A stretch of DNA of 64,000 bases from the NCBI RefSeq assembly GCF_035084215.1, contig NC_090328.1, forward strand, positions 56,544,001 to 56,608,000, given 5' to 3'. A program made the position numbers and the translations under genes. The notes beneath the pieces are model-generated. The model was not told where the DNA came from. It ran no database searches and worked only from the letters and a program-made list of their open reading frames with translations. Within the stretch, counting starts at the first letter, position 1. Every line of letters begins with the position of its first letter. Of this stretch, positions 1 through 11,214 are shown piece by piece. This DNA is from Heptranchias perlo. Lineage: Eukaryota.

Positions 1-178
1 GGTGCAGCCGGCTACACCGCCGATGTCTCTCAGTCGTCTGCGCGGAAGAGCCCTGCAAATACACCTGCACCTACTCTGCAGTAACACGATGGGTGGCATC
101 AGTGGTGGGTCCTCATAGTGATACCCAGGAGCGGGCATTATTGGACACAACGGACAGGATTCGCGGAGACATGGCAGT
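1..178 (+). mobile_element. PIF/Harbinger transposase remnant, truncated by window start
   Basis: Frame 1 reads GAAGYTADVSQSSARK, resembling the HARBI1-type 'GaaGD..gVSQSSah' segment; CpG-rich relative to flanks. Confidence 0.5.
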
Positions 179-3100
179 TTCGTAGCTTTAGCTTAATTTA
201 GTTGAAATCAGTCTCCAGGCTTGAAACTGCTGGAGATCTGCTGTGCTGGAATAATGGAATGGAGCCCCCCACCCTAGCTCCTGGCTGGAGACCCTGTTCC
301 AAATCTTAGGCACAGGGTCATCTGAATGGCCGGGGCAGGTTGCTGCTGTCTGCAAAAGCAGATCAGCGGTGCCCCCTCTGAGCTGCCGGCAGAATATCAG
401 AGCAGTGCTCTGCTACTCCGATGGTAGAGTGAAAACCTGGCAAAGCCAGAGAAGTGACCTCTTGTAGTCTTCTGCACCCAATAGTGCAAGCTGGCCTCTT
501 TGGGAAAATAACTGATTTTCTCGGAGATCGATTATCTTTCCGTAGTAAAGCTTTGGGATCTTCTTACAGGTTTCAACAGTATTCACGCCAGTTCTGAGGT
601 CTTACAGGGTGGAATTTCCCAGGGATGCCTGGGACCTCCCCCAGGCATACGCCCTTAAAGGTAGGGGAGGGGATACAGGCCAATGACCTCCCCTAATGGA
701 AAGTAGCTGCAAGCAAAAAATAGGATGCAATCCTGGCAGAACTATGTTCTGCCCCAAATTTCAGCTGCTAGTGGCTGATTCACCTGCTCTCCTCCCTTGA
801 TTTGGGCCAGACTTTGGGGAGCTCTGTAGTTTTAATATCCAAATTTGAGATGTGGCTGGTCACGTTAAATGTAATTACTGTATGCTGAGAGTGAATCTCA
901 GCTGTCTGTTACTCTGTGCATTTTTTTTGTGTTGGAGAAGATCCATATCATGGTCTAGTATGCAAAATGTCATTTCAAAAGCAGACAATCAGAATCTAGG
1001 TGGATGATTTAACAATGATTCTTTGCCAAGTTCACATAGATCACTTAATATTGCTTACCTGACTGCTGGAGACAGAATTATTTGTCACATCAGGGAGTCC
1101 TGATAGCAAGGCTCTCACAGCTTGGCTTTGTCCAGGAATAGATGAAAGATTTGAAACAGGTTTCTGACGAGTGACGATCTCAAGTTCAGGTTATCAGGAG
1201 CTATTCATTCTGAGAATAAATGCGATGGCTTTCTCCCTGTTCTTCTGAGTCTAGACAGAGGGAGACAAAACCTTACATCTGTTATGGACGCTAGTCGAGG
1301 TTTAGTATTACTAAGAGAATAAGCACACTGTCATGTCTTGATTATTTTCTTGTGTTCAAAGAGATTTAAGTCAAAAGTTCTGTAATAAGTAAAATCAGCT
1401 GTTTTGGTTATCTACTACTGCCTACTTTTAATAAATCTGATTTGTAGTTTATAGCCCAAGTTCCACTATCTGAAGACTAGGAGAACATGAGAGTGCTCTT
1501 GTAAATTCAGTGAGCTTATTACAGCAACAAGTAATTCTTTTGTGTCCATGGAAAGTACTACAATACCAGATATTGTGCGGATAACATCACACTCTGGTTT
1601 GTAGTCAGTGAGGGCTTGCTTACGTACAGTCTTTTGTAGCTTATATACCAGCATAGCCAATAGCAATTATGTGCTCAATATTTAAGTTTATAGCATTAGC
1701 GAAAAGGCTTATAACCTCTCTGCTGCAGAAATGGTTGGACCATTGGGTCAAATTTGAATCATTTTCTGTGGTAGTCTAGTTCCATTTCTCTCTGCACTAG
1801 CTGGTGATGGCATTTAGGGTATGCCTTCTGGGGGTTCTCCACAATCAACTTTTCAATCTTGGTTCAACAGGCATCTTGTTTTCTGTTTTCTTCTAACTTA
1901 CCAAATTAACTACAATACTGCTGGATCTATCTCTAAACTGAATTGACATCTTAGGTTCTGCTCCTGCACAATTTTATTTCTGTTTATCCCATATTGCTAA
2001 TCCAACAGGAAGCACTACTTGACCTGCTTCTGGGTAATGTACCTAAAAATAGGTGAGTATTAGGGAAGAACGTACAATGTAGTTAGGTTCAGTATATGAA
2101 TATATAAGGGGGAAAAAGTTGAGGACCTGGTTCTGATGAGGCTTTGCACCTTTTTTTAAAATTGTGAAATTCCAACTGGTGGGGCTTGGCACTTCCTGCC
2201 CCCTTCCATTGTAACATCACTGCAAGAGATGGGACTGGTGGGATAACTTCTGTCCACCAAAAATCCTCCGAATTCTGCTTTTCCTGTGGTGAAGATAAAG
2301 TACACCTGCATGAAGCATACTTACCGACTGTATCAAAATGGACTTGTGGGGACTAATGCTAATAGTAAAGCAGCTACAAAGAATTTGTTGCCATTTTTAA
2401 AAATTCAACTCTTTGACCAAAACAGCCAGCCTCTTTTCCCTGTTCTGCCTCTACCACCACCAGCCCCCCAATCCGAGCCATAATTCCTCATTAAGGAACA
2501 TTCTGGGGTTAGCACCCAATCTATGCTTAGGGAAGAGTGATGCCTAAATTTGACTTGCTGATCTGTCTTCTATCAACCAGTTACACAACCAACCCCTTAT
2601 TAGAATATGCAGAAGCTACTAAGTGAATGAATTAACCCCCTTGCCGAATCATTAAAGACAGAAGGTAGATATGGTTAACTGACAGAATAAATAATGGAGT
2701 TTATAAGGGCAGTTCAGCTATGTCACAATAATTCAATTTGCTGATTATAATTTGATTGTTAAGATTAGTGTCAGAGATTAATATAAATTGGTGAGAGTTT
2801 GTGGTTAGACACCTTATATAGCTGAAAAATTACCAGCATTTTGTCTGTTGGATATATTAACGTCTACTTAGTTCAGCTTATTACTGTTTCAGGAGTGATT
2901 CCAGGAACTTACACAACCTCGTCCTCCTGAGTTGGTGTCGTGGAGTTGGTTGCCTCTGGGATGATGGTGTTAGCCTCCTGGAATGTGAAGATGATGAACT
3001 TCTATCCATAAATGTGATATTCATTCCATCCTGGATCCTCTGCTCCTGGGTAGATCCACCTGTGCTGGTAGCTGTGTTTGGACTAGCTGGCTCAAGTCTC

Positions 3101-3260
3101 ACTTCCCTTAATTTCAGGGCAAGTTCTTGTACATCTGACACACTTAATGTCTGCCTGTATGTGGCTAGTATAGCCATAAATCTTTTAACTTCTGTGATCT
3201 CTCTCTGTCCTTTCAAAGGATGAAAGCTAATTTTGGCCAGAGATCATTTTCCACCTTTTC

Positions 3261-3440
3261 AGACACCCATATGCACATACAGACACCCATATGCACATAC
3301 AGACACCCATATGCACATACAGACACCCATATGCACATACAGACACCCATATGCATATACAGACACCCATATGCACATACAGACACCCATATGCACATAC
3401 AGACACCCATATGCATATACAAACACCCATATGCATATAC
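3261..3440. repeat. Minisatellite, 9 x 20 bp (AGACACCCATATGCAYATAC)
   Basis: Directly visible tandem units; explains the repetitive ORFs in six frames at 3213-3513. Confidence 0.98.
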
Positions 3441-4172
3441 TACTACCACCTTCCACAACTTAATAGTATCATGTATGACTCTTTTTAGTGTCATATATCT
3501 TACATATCTTTGATTTTCATATAAATATCCTCAATCTGAATGATACATATATTACAAGAGTTCACTGTGTGAGGTGTCAATCATTTTAAAGAGCCATGTC
3601 AGGAATCGTGATGACTAGGTTAAACTAGTCTGTATTAGGGGGAGAAAACATACATGTCAGGTGACGATTTCACTCCCTTAACCTCTCAGCCTTTTTAAAC
3701 AATCAAATTAAATAAATTCAGTTATAAGGTAACATGTTTGTAGTCTTCTGACATGCCATTTTTGAGCTGCGTCTCCAACAGCTTAGGGCTATCTGTTTTT
3801 CTGAGGAATGCCTTATTTCATATTAGCAGCCGTGATTTCCTTTCAAGAAAAATCAGGCGGCGTGTATAATGGGTGGTCGATCCGCTACCGCCAGTTTACA
3901 ACCCAGCAGTGAAAGTTAAAATATACCCCAATGACACATGGAATTAAAGGGAGTGTTGGGGGGAAGAAAGTAAAGGGTAGAGACAAAGGGAAGTTTCTTG
4001 AATTGGTGAGTGATGCTCCACAAATCCACTCTTATTTATTGTATATGTAAATGATCTGGGTTGTAAAAGACTGTAGGAGGACAGGTGAGGCAGCTTCTCT
4101 CAAGGTGATGCCACATCAGAACCATGAAGTGCACCACTTTCCCTTCCCTCTGCAATATGTTAAAAAGCATGC

Positions 4173-4222
4173 AGGACTAGCCAGCTGCCACACATATAGG
4201 ACTAGCCAGCTGCCACACATGT
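4173..4222. repeat. 25-bp tandem duplication
   Basis: AGGACTAGCCAGCTGCCACACATAT followed by AGGACTAGCCAGCTGCCACACATGT. Confidence 0.95.
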
Positions 4223-4609
4223 GGCAAACACAAATGCACAACCACTTGAATCCTAAGTGACTCACACTGAAACGACGAAGCCAGCCATGACACTTACTCC
4301 TTTCACTGCAGAATTACTTAGAAGTCACAAATTAGGAGTTAGAAGTTGAACATAATGCAGAGGCCCTTAAGGAAAGCACTGTGGGAAAATACAATAATAC
4401 ATGATGCAAGGTAGATGAATAAATTGGTTGCATTTATTTGACCTTTGCCTTGAGGGTTTCTTTCGAGTGGTGTAGAATATAGTAGCAGTTCAGAAAAAGA
4501 TAGACATTGATGGGAGTTGATGTAATAGCAAAGATAATGTGGGGGATGTGTTCTGCACCATTTGACTTTGTACATGAAGGAGGTTTCGTTGAAGAGCCAA
4601 CACAGGCAC

Positions 4610-4870
4610 TTTCATCAAATTGGGGCATTTCACAGATTGTGATGAGAATTGTGAAAGGCTGCAGGAGGTCATAGATAGGCTAGCAGGTTGGGCAGAAAGA
4701 TAGCAGACGCAATTTAACATTGAAAAATATTGGAAGTAAGAATAAGGAAGGGAAGTGCATCCTAAATGGTAATATTTATAGAGGAGTAGAAGAGCAGAGG
4801 ATCTTGGTGTGCAAATACATGTTACTAAAGGTGGTAGTGAAAGTACATAAGGTTAGCTGGGACCTTAGTG
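4610..4870 (+). mobile_element. Decayed CR1 LINE ORF2 fragment
   Basis: RLQEVIDRLAGWAER*QTQFNIEK and EEQRDLGV, typical of the CR1 RT C-terminal part. Confidence 0.75.
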
Positions 4871-5249
4871 CTTTTTACTTCAATTAATGCACAAATTGCA
4901 GAAATAAGTTTAGGAAACATTTGGTTAAACATCAATACTTTTTAAAACTAAAACATGAATAATAAGCAGAACCCTAGCTGCCTCCTGGAAGCAAACTAGA
5001 AAAATATTGTCACCAAAATGTAGGAAAAATAGAGGGTACTTTCCACAATCAGAGATTTTCTTTCCCCTTATTACCTATGCGTAGGGAGAAGAATGAGAGG
5101 ACTTCCAGTCAATAACACTTTCAGTCTTTCAATTTAGAACCTTGTGCATGAAAACTTTCAAAGCTAATTTTCTAGTTCGTTAACTTAACCTGAGTGGCTC
5201 AAGGACTTGTATAATAATTTGTAAAATTGTTCATGAACTGAGAACTCTA

Positions 5250-5730
5250 GAAGCTTACAGCACAGAAGGAGGCGATTCAGACCAGCTCTTTACTAAAGCA
5301 ATCCAAAACTAATCCCATTGTCCCACTCTCCCCCTAGCCTGTAACTTTCTCTGCTTCAAATATTTGTGCAATTGTCCTTTAAAAGATGCAACGGTTGCTG
5401 CCTGAAACACTCTCTGTGGAAAGCATTCCATGCCCCAACAACCCCCTTTGTAAAGAAATTTCTCCTAACCTCTCCACTCAGTGACAATTTTAAATTGATG
5501 ATCACTGATCACTGACTCCCCAATCAGAGGAAATAATCTTTCCCTATTCACTCTATCAAAACATTTCATAATTTAAAAACCTCTATAAAATCTCTTTTGT
5601 TTTTTACTGCTCAAGTGGAAATAGTCCAACTATCTTAAATCTCTCCTCATAATTATAGCTTCCCATTCCTGCCATCAGCCTGATAAATCTACGCTGTCCA
5701 CTCTTCATGCCTATAATGTCATTTCTATAA
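5250..5730 (-). mobile_element. Decayed CR1 3' fragment
   Basis: ACAGCACAGAAGGAGGC... and related segments match the reverse-complement CR1 3' ends elsewhere in the window. Confidence 0.65.
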
Positions 5731-6214
5731 TTTGCAACTGTAATTTCAGTGTAGTTGGGTTCTTTCTGTTAAGGCACATTGCTGTTTTTGCTCTTTTCAA
5801 GTCACTGTTTCCATCCTATGTTCCCGTTGTTGGACAAATTAAGGTATGGAAACTTCTTTGAGCCTCCCTGATAGATTCTTAAATCTGTACTGCATCTGTC
5901 ATTTGTGCCTGTTTGTTCATTGAACAGTGCCGATCTGAGAGGAGCTATGGAAATCCCTGTGGGCATAACTTTCTATCCACAGGCTCTGGGGGAGGACAAA
6001 GATCAGAGCTGGCATGCTGCATTATAACATGTCCTTACATCACCTCCCACACTTAGAGGGCAAGGCTATCTTATCAGGATATGTCTGGAAAAATCTGCAT
6101 GCGGAGACTAAGATTCTAGAAAGTCATAACAGAGCTGAGGCGGGTATATGGAGTTAGGTCACAGGTCCAGCATGATCTCATTGAATGGCGGAACAGGCTC
6201 GAGGGGTTAAATGC

Positions 6215-7222
6215 CACTGCCACTTCCTGCCTCCTGTTATGCGCCACCTTCGTCTGCAAGAAAGCGAGACGTGTATCTGGGTGATGTACCTATCATGGTT
6301 GAATAGCTGCCAGTGCGTGTGGCCTGTGAGTTGTGGGTGGGTGGCTTGCAACAGTTGTAATGTGTAAGGTGAGAGGAAGCATCTGATTGGAAGAATTGAG
6401 TACTGATGGAAAAAGTTTGTTGGTATGTGGGTGATGGGGGTGTAGAGTGTGGAGCAGTGGATGCGGCTAGTGGTGCAGTTGGTAGGAAATGCCACTTGAC
6501 AGTTAAACTCACTCACCTTGACCATTTGTGTCAAAGCTTTGAACTTCTTCCTGCGCTACATCCATGTTCATGACGCTGTGTGCCTGGCATTGACTTCGTC
6601 CCCCACTGCCTCCCACTGCCTTTTGGCCATATGCCTGGAGGGCCACTTTCCCCTCCCCCCCCCCCCACTTCGTGGATATAGGATATCCCTCCTTCTGTCC
6701 AGCTCTTGCACCAAGGCCTCTAGTGTATCAGCAGAGAACTTTGGTGCACGCACTCTCACAGGCCTGGTACCAACTCAGATCGGCAGATTGGTGAGGTCTG
6801 GAATGCAGATTGGAGGATGTGGGATTTAGTAGTGCGCAACCTTTATTCAATGTTTTAACATAATTTATCAGTGCGTAAACATAGGGACGGGACCTGCATC
6901 TGTGTTTTACGTGTGTGATGTCTGATCTCCGTTCAGACTCCATGCAGACAGCAGACTATTATTTTTAGCAAAAGCAAGTACCAGCTACCTTTAAGAGATT
7001 TGAAGAGATATCCTCTCTTTAAGTGATTGGGACTCCCCATGCTGGTGGAAAGTGGGAATTGTATTGAATCAACTTGCAAGGCCTGGGTTTCAACGCAGAT
7101 TGATGGTGAGTACTGAGGCTGGACAAAGTTCTTGTCCTGCCGGTGCAGGGGCCATTGGGCACGGGTTAATAGCGGATCACGCTACCCACGCCCAACAATA
7201 GGCCCTATTGAATTTTTCCCCC
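6215..7222 (-). mobile_element. PIF/Harbinger element remnant with Myb/SANT-like gene first exon (6518-6759)
   Basis: RAPKFSADTLEALVQELDRRRDILYP...RQWEAVGDEVNARHTAS*TWM*RRKKFKALTQMVK followed by a GTGAGT donor is a Harbinger Myb/SANT protein with stops. TIR-like GAATTTTTCCCCC at ~7210-7222. Confidence 0.8.
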
Positions 7223-7479
7223 ATAGCTTGAGTTTAATTGGAACAGTATATGAGGCCAATGACTGAGATGTCAGAGTGGGAATGGAAGAGGGAGTTAAAA
7301 TGATGAGCCATAGGCTCGGGTGAGACAGCATCACTTGTTGTGCCACTCCATTCATGCTGCTCTTTATTTTAGGGTGATCTCACACCCAACAAGAGTCACC
7401 CTTCTCTACAAGACCTCTTTAACTCTATAACTAAATGAGGCAGTTCTCATTCTTTGGCTGCCTCCTGTCATTTTCCCCC

Positions 7480-9545
7480 GCAGTTGCAGAACAGCTTAAA
7501 GGGGAACCAATGGTAAATTCTGAATAGGTTAAAAGTGAGTTAAGAGATGTCATATTAAATAAAAGGAAAGAGTATGAAAAGTTAGTTAAGCTAATGGAGG
7601 ACAAAGTGCCTGAACCGGATGCATCCAAGCATCCTGAAGGAAATGGGGGAAGAGATAGCAAATACCCTAGAAATTATATTTCAGGGTTTTATTGAGAGTG
7701 CATGTATGCTAGAGGACTGGAGAGTGGCCAGTCTAATGCCCAATTTCAAAACAAGACACAGAGCTAATTTTTATTTTATTTGTTCATGGGATGTGGGCGT
7801 CACTGGCGAGGCTGGCATTTATTGCCCATCCCTAACTGCCCTTGAGAAGGTGGTGGTGAGTCGCCTTCTTGAACCGCTGCAGTCTGTGTGGTGAAGGTTC
7901 TCCCACAGTGCTGTTAGGTAGGGAGTTCCAGGACTTTGACCCAGCGACAATGAAGGAACAGCGATATATTTCCAAGTCGGGATGGTGTGTGACTTGGAGG
8001 GGAATGTGCAGGTGGTGTTGTTCCCATGTACCTGCTGCTCTTGTCCTTCTAGGTGGTAGAAGTCGCGGGTTTCGGAGGGGCTGTCGAAGAAGCTTTGGCG
8101 AGTTGCTGCAGTGCATCCTGTGGATGGTACACACTGCAGCCACTGTGCATCGGTGGTGAAAGGAGTGAATGTTTAGGGTGGTGGATGGGGTGTCAATCAA
8201 GCAGGCTGCTTTGTCCTGGATGGTGCCGAGCTTCTTGAGTGTTGTTGGAGCTGCACTCATCCAGACAAGTGGAGAGTATTCCATCACACTCCTGACTTGT
8301 GCCTTGTGGATGGTGGAAAGGCTCTGGGGAGTCAGGAGGTGAGTCACTCGCCGCAGAATACCTAGCTTCTGACCTCCTCTTGTAGCCACTGTATTTATAT
8401 GGCTGGTCCAGTTAAGTTTCTGGTCAATGATGACCCCCAGGAGGTTGATGGTGGGGGATTCAGCAATGATAATGCAGTTGAATGTCAAGGGGAGTTGGTT
8501 AGACTCTCTCTTGTTGGAGATGGTCATTGCCTGGCACTTGTCTGGGGCGAATGTTACTTGCCACTTATCAGTCCAAGCCTGGATGTTGTCCAGGACTTGC
8601 TGCATGCGGGCTCGGACTGCTTCATTATTTGAGGGGTTGCGAATGGAACTGAACACTGGGCGATTACAGGTCAGTTAGTTTAACATCTGTGATATGGAAA
8701 ATTTTGGAATCTTTAATTAATGATTAAATACTTAGATGAAGACAATATAATTAGAAGCAGCCAACACAGATTTCAGAAAGGAAGATCATGCTTGATAAAC
8801 CTGATGGAGTTCTTTGAAGAGGTGACAGACATGGTGGATGGGGGAAATGCAGTGGATGCGGGAAATGCAGTGGATGCGGTGTGCATGGACTTTCAGAAAG
8901 CTTTTGACAAGGTACCAAACTGAAGACAACTGGAGAACATTAATGGATATGGAATTAGAGGGAGGGTAGCAAATTGGATTCGAGAATGGGAGGGGGAAGA
9001 GATTGAGACTGGGGACTTTGGGCTTGGGAAGCGAAGGTGGACTGAAGATGAGGGATTGGGGAATGGGAGGCCGGAGAGAGATGGAGACTGGGGGTCAGGG
9101 GATTGGGGCTCAAATGATGGGGGGCGGAATAGGGTGGAGTGGGCATGGGGACCAACATTTCCTGTAGAGCCGGGAGCAGCAGCAACAATGTGGAGTGGGA
9201 GCGAGGCCGAGAGGGGAGCAGCCAGTAAAGGGGTAAGTGAAACCTGGGAACTTTACTGTGGGTAAATGGCGAAAGATTATTTCCACTGGTGGGCGAATAG
9301 AAAACTAGGGAATGGAAATCAAGTATTATCACCTGAAGAACCAAGGGGGAAGGGACGAAGAAGATTCTTGAACTGAGGGCCATTGGACGTGGTATCCTTC
9401 ACCACAGGTAGCTATTGAGGGGAAGACTAAAATTTAATATAAAAGGGAAGGGGATAAATATTTGAAAGGAGGAATATAAAAGGATCTGGGGGCTACAGGA
9501 AAGAACGCCAGCACCAGAGGCCGAAGGCCTCCTTCTGTGTTGCAA
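7480..9545 (+). mobile_element. Decayed CR1 LINE interrupted by a family-B LINE (7768-8657) and a G-rich segment (~8990-9260)
   Basis: HPSILKEMGEEIANTLEIIFQ...EDWRVA before the insert; FQKGRSCLINLMEFFEEVT...MDFQKAFDKVP after it; 3' tail GCCTCCTTCTGTGTTG at ~9530. Confidence 0.8.
7768..8657 (-). mobile_element. 5'-truncated CR1/L2-group LINE ('family B'), RT C-terminus plus 3' tail
   Basis: 274-aa ORF 7832-8656 (WQVTFAPDKCQ, EYSPLVWMSAAPTTLKKL); near-identical to 50150-51040. Confidence 0.92.
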
Positions 9546-9794
9546 TTTCTCACTTTCCCCTCTTTGTCTGCTCGCAGGTGGCCTCCTAGTTCTTGAAACT
9601 TCTCGCAGAACAGCTGCTGGCATGAAACTACAAGCAAAGATACTCAAGTACAGGAGACCTAGCCTTTATATGATAAATGCAAAAACATTTGTAGACGTCA
9701 CGTGATCAGGCATTCCATGGTCAGATGTCATGTGGTCACGTCACGTGATCACAGCTTCAGGAATGTCCGCAACCAGAGTTGGCAACCTCAATAC

Positions 9795-10290
9795 TAACTT
9801 GATAGAGTATTTCAATGAGGTAACAGAGAGGGTAGATGAGGGCAATGTGGTTGATGTGGACTTTCAAAAGGCGTTTGATAAAGTGCCGCATAATAGGCTT
9901 GTCATCAAGGTTGAAGCCCATGGAATAAAGGGGGCAGTAGCAGCATGGATACAAAATTGGCTAAGTAACAGGAACCAGAAGACATAGATTTAAGGTGATT
10001 GACAAAAGAACCAAAGGTGACATGAGGAAAAACTTTTTTACACAGCGAATGGTTAGGATCTGGAATACACTGCCTGGGGAAGGTGGGGGGGGGCTGTTGG
10101 GGGTGGGTGGAGGCAGATTCGATAGTGGCTTTCAAAAGGGAACTGGATAAGTACTTGAAAGGAAAAAAATTGCAGGGCTACGGGGATAGGGTGGGTGAGT
10201 GGGACTAGCTGGATTGCTCTTGCATAGAGCAGGTATGCACTGGATGGGCCGAATGACCTCCTTCCGTGCTTATAACTTTTCTATGATTTT
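9795..10290 (+). mobile_element. Internally deleted CR1 with 3' end
   Basis: TNLIEYFNEVT...DFQKAFDKVPHNRL, then a jump to the 3' region ending TTCTATGATT. Confidence 0.85.
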
Positions 10291-10459
10291 AACTAACATG
10301 CTTGTTTATACTTCAGTTCTGATTAAGGCTATAGACCAGGTTAACTTCACCTTTCTGTTTACTAATACTGACCGAGCTGCTGTGTGATTCCAGCTGTTTC
10401 TGGTTTAACAGTGTTACAGATTTGCACCTTTTTACACTGCACATCGAACCTTCTCCTTC

Positions 10460-10940
10460 CTCCAACTCTCGACGGTCAACAGATATGAAGCTGCTGCAGG
10501 TGAGGGGCAAGAGGTGAGCTCGAGGGGGCGGTCCCTCGAATCACGTGATTAGGTAAAGTGGGCGGGGCCGATAAAGCAGGCCGGTCTCGCGCGGGTGGTT
10601 CTTACGCGTGATGTCACGGGGTGCGTCGGTGGTGACGTTGAAGGGAGCGAGAGGAGCTGAGGAAGAGTGTTGTGTAACTGCGACAGGTGAGCGGGGCCGG
10701 GAGAGGGAAAAGCGGCTTTCTCTTTTGTTTAATGGAGACAAGGGGGCTGTTCTGCTTGAGGCCGGGAGCCAGGGGCCGTGCGGTCGGTGATGTCGAGTGC
10801 CCGCCCCGGACTCTAATGAAGGAGCAGGCGAGCGGTCACCGGCACGGCCCGGCCTCTGGTGGGAGCGAGTCTTTCGCTTCCCTCGCCCTTTCCCACCCCT
10901 TCTGATCTGTTCAACGAGTTTCCACCTGCCGGGCGGACTC
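10460..10940 (+). promoter_or_regulatory. CpG island / YTHDC2 promoter
   Basis: The densest CpG block in a CpG-depleted window. Contains E-box palindrome AATCACGTGATT (10539-10550), GC box GGGCGGGG (10560-10567), CRE-like TGATGTCA (10609-10616) and TGACG (10633-10637); no TATA box. Confidence 0.85.
10620..10686 (+). other. YTHDC2: Probable non-coding first exon of YTHDC2 (start approximate)
   Basis: Strong donor CAG|GTGAGC at 10686/10687 within the CpG island; the first coding exon has an acceptor 7 nt before its ATG. Confidence 0.65.
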
Positions 10941-11214
10941 TGACCTCTTTTGCCACCCTCCCCTTTCAGCTAAATAGGGAGTTATTGAAGCAGAGTTTTT
11001 GGGCTGTTTCTACTTCAGCGTTGAATGATATTGAACACAGGGGACGCCATGTATTTCACTGACTGACCATACCCATTACCTGAACAGTTAGAGTTTGAAT
11101 GTAGTTAATCCAGTAGTGACGCATTTACTGACTTCAGACTAGGTTTGTCCTGTTCTGAATATTCATCACTTGGGTTTGATGTAGATATATAATTCAGAAT
11201 ATATTTATTTATAC

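Noticed and set aside
180-600. Open stretches on the minus strand as possible MCC exons
   Set aside because: No recognisable MCC peptide and no convincing splice-site pair.
3213-3513. Repetitive His/Cys-rich ORFs, and the array as a possible CRISPR
   Set aside because: Pure head-to-tail 20-mer with no spacers and no cas genes; the ORFs are artefacts of a stop-free repeat.
6518-6759. Domesticated MSANTD-like gene
   Set aside because: In-frame stops inside the Myb/SANT domain and a transposon terminus nearby.
9548-9650. Strong plus-strand acceptor (CTCTTTGTCTGCTCGCAG| at 9577) suggesting an upstream exon
   Set aside because: Upstream of the promoter, weak donor, no recognisable coding content or partner exons.
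10657-10664. STRA8-type CNCCTCAG motif
   Set aside because: The minus strand reads TTCCTCAG, a mismatch in an already short motif.
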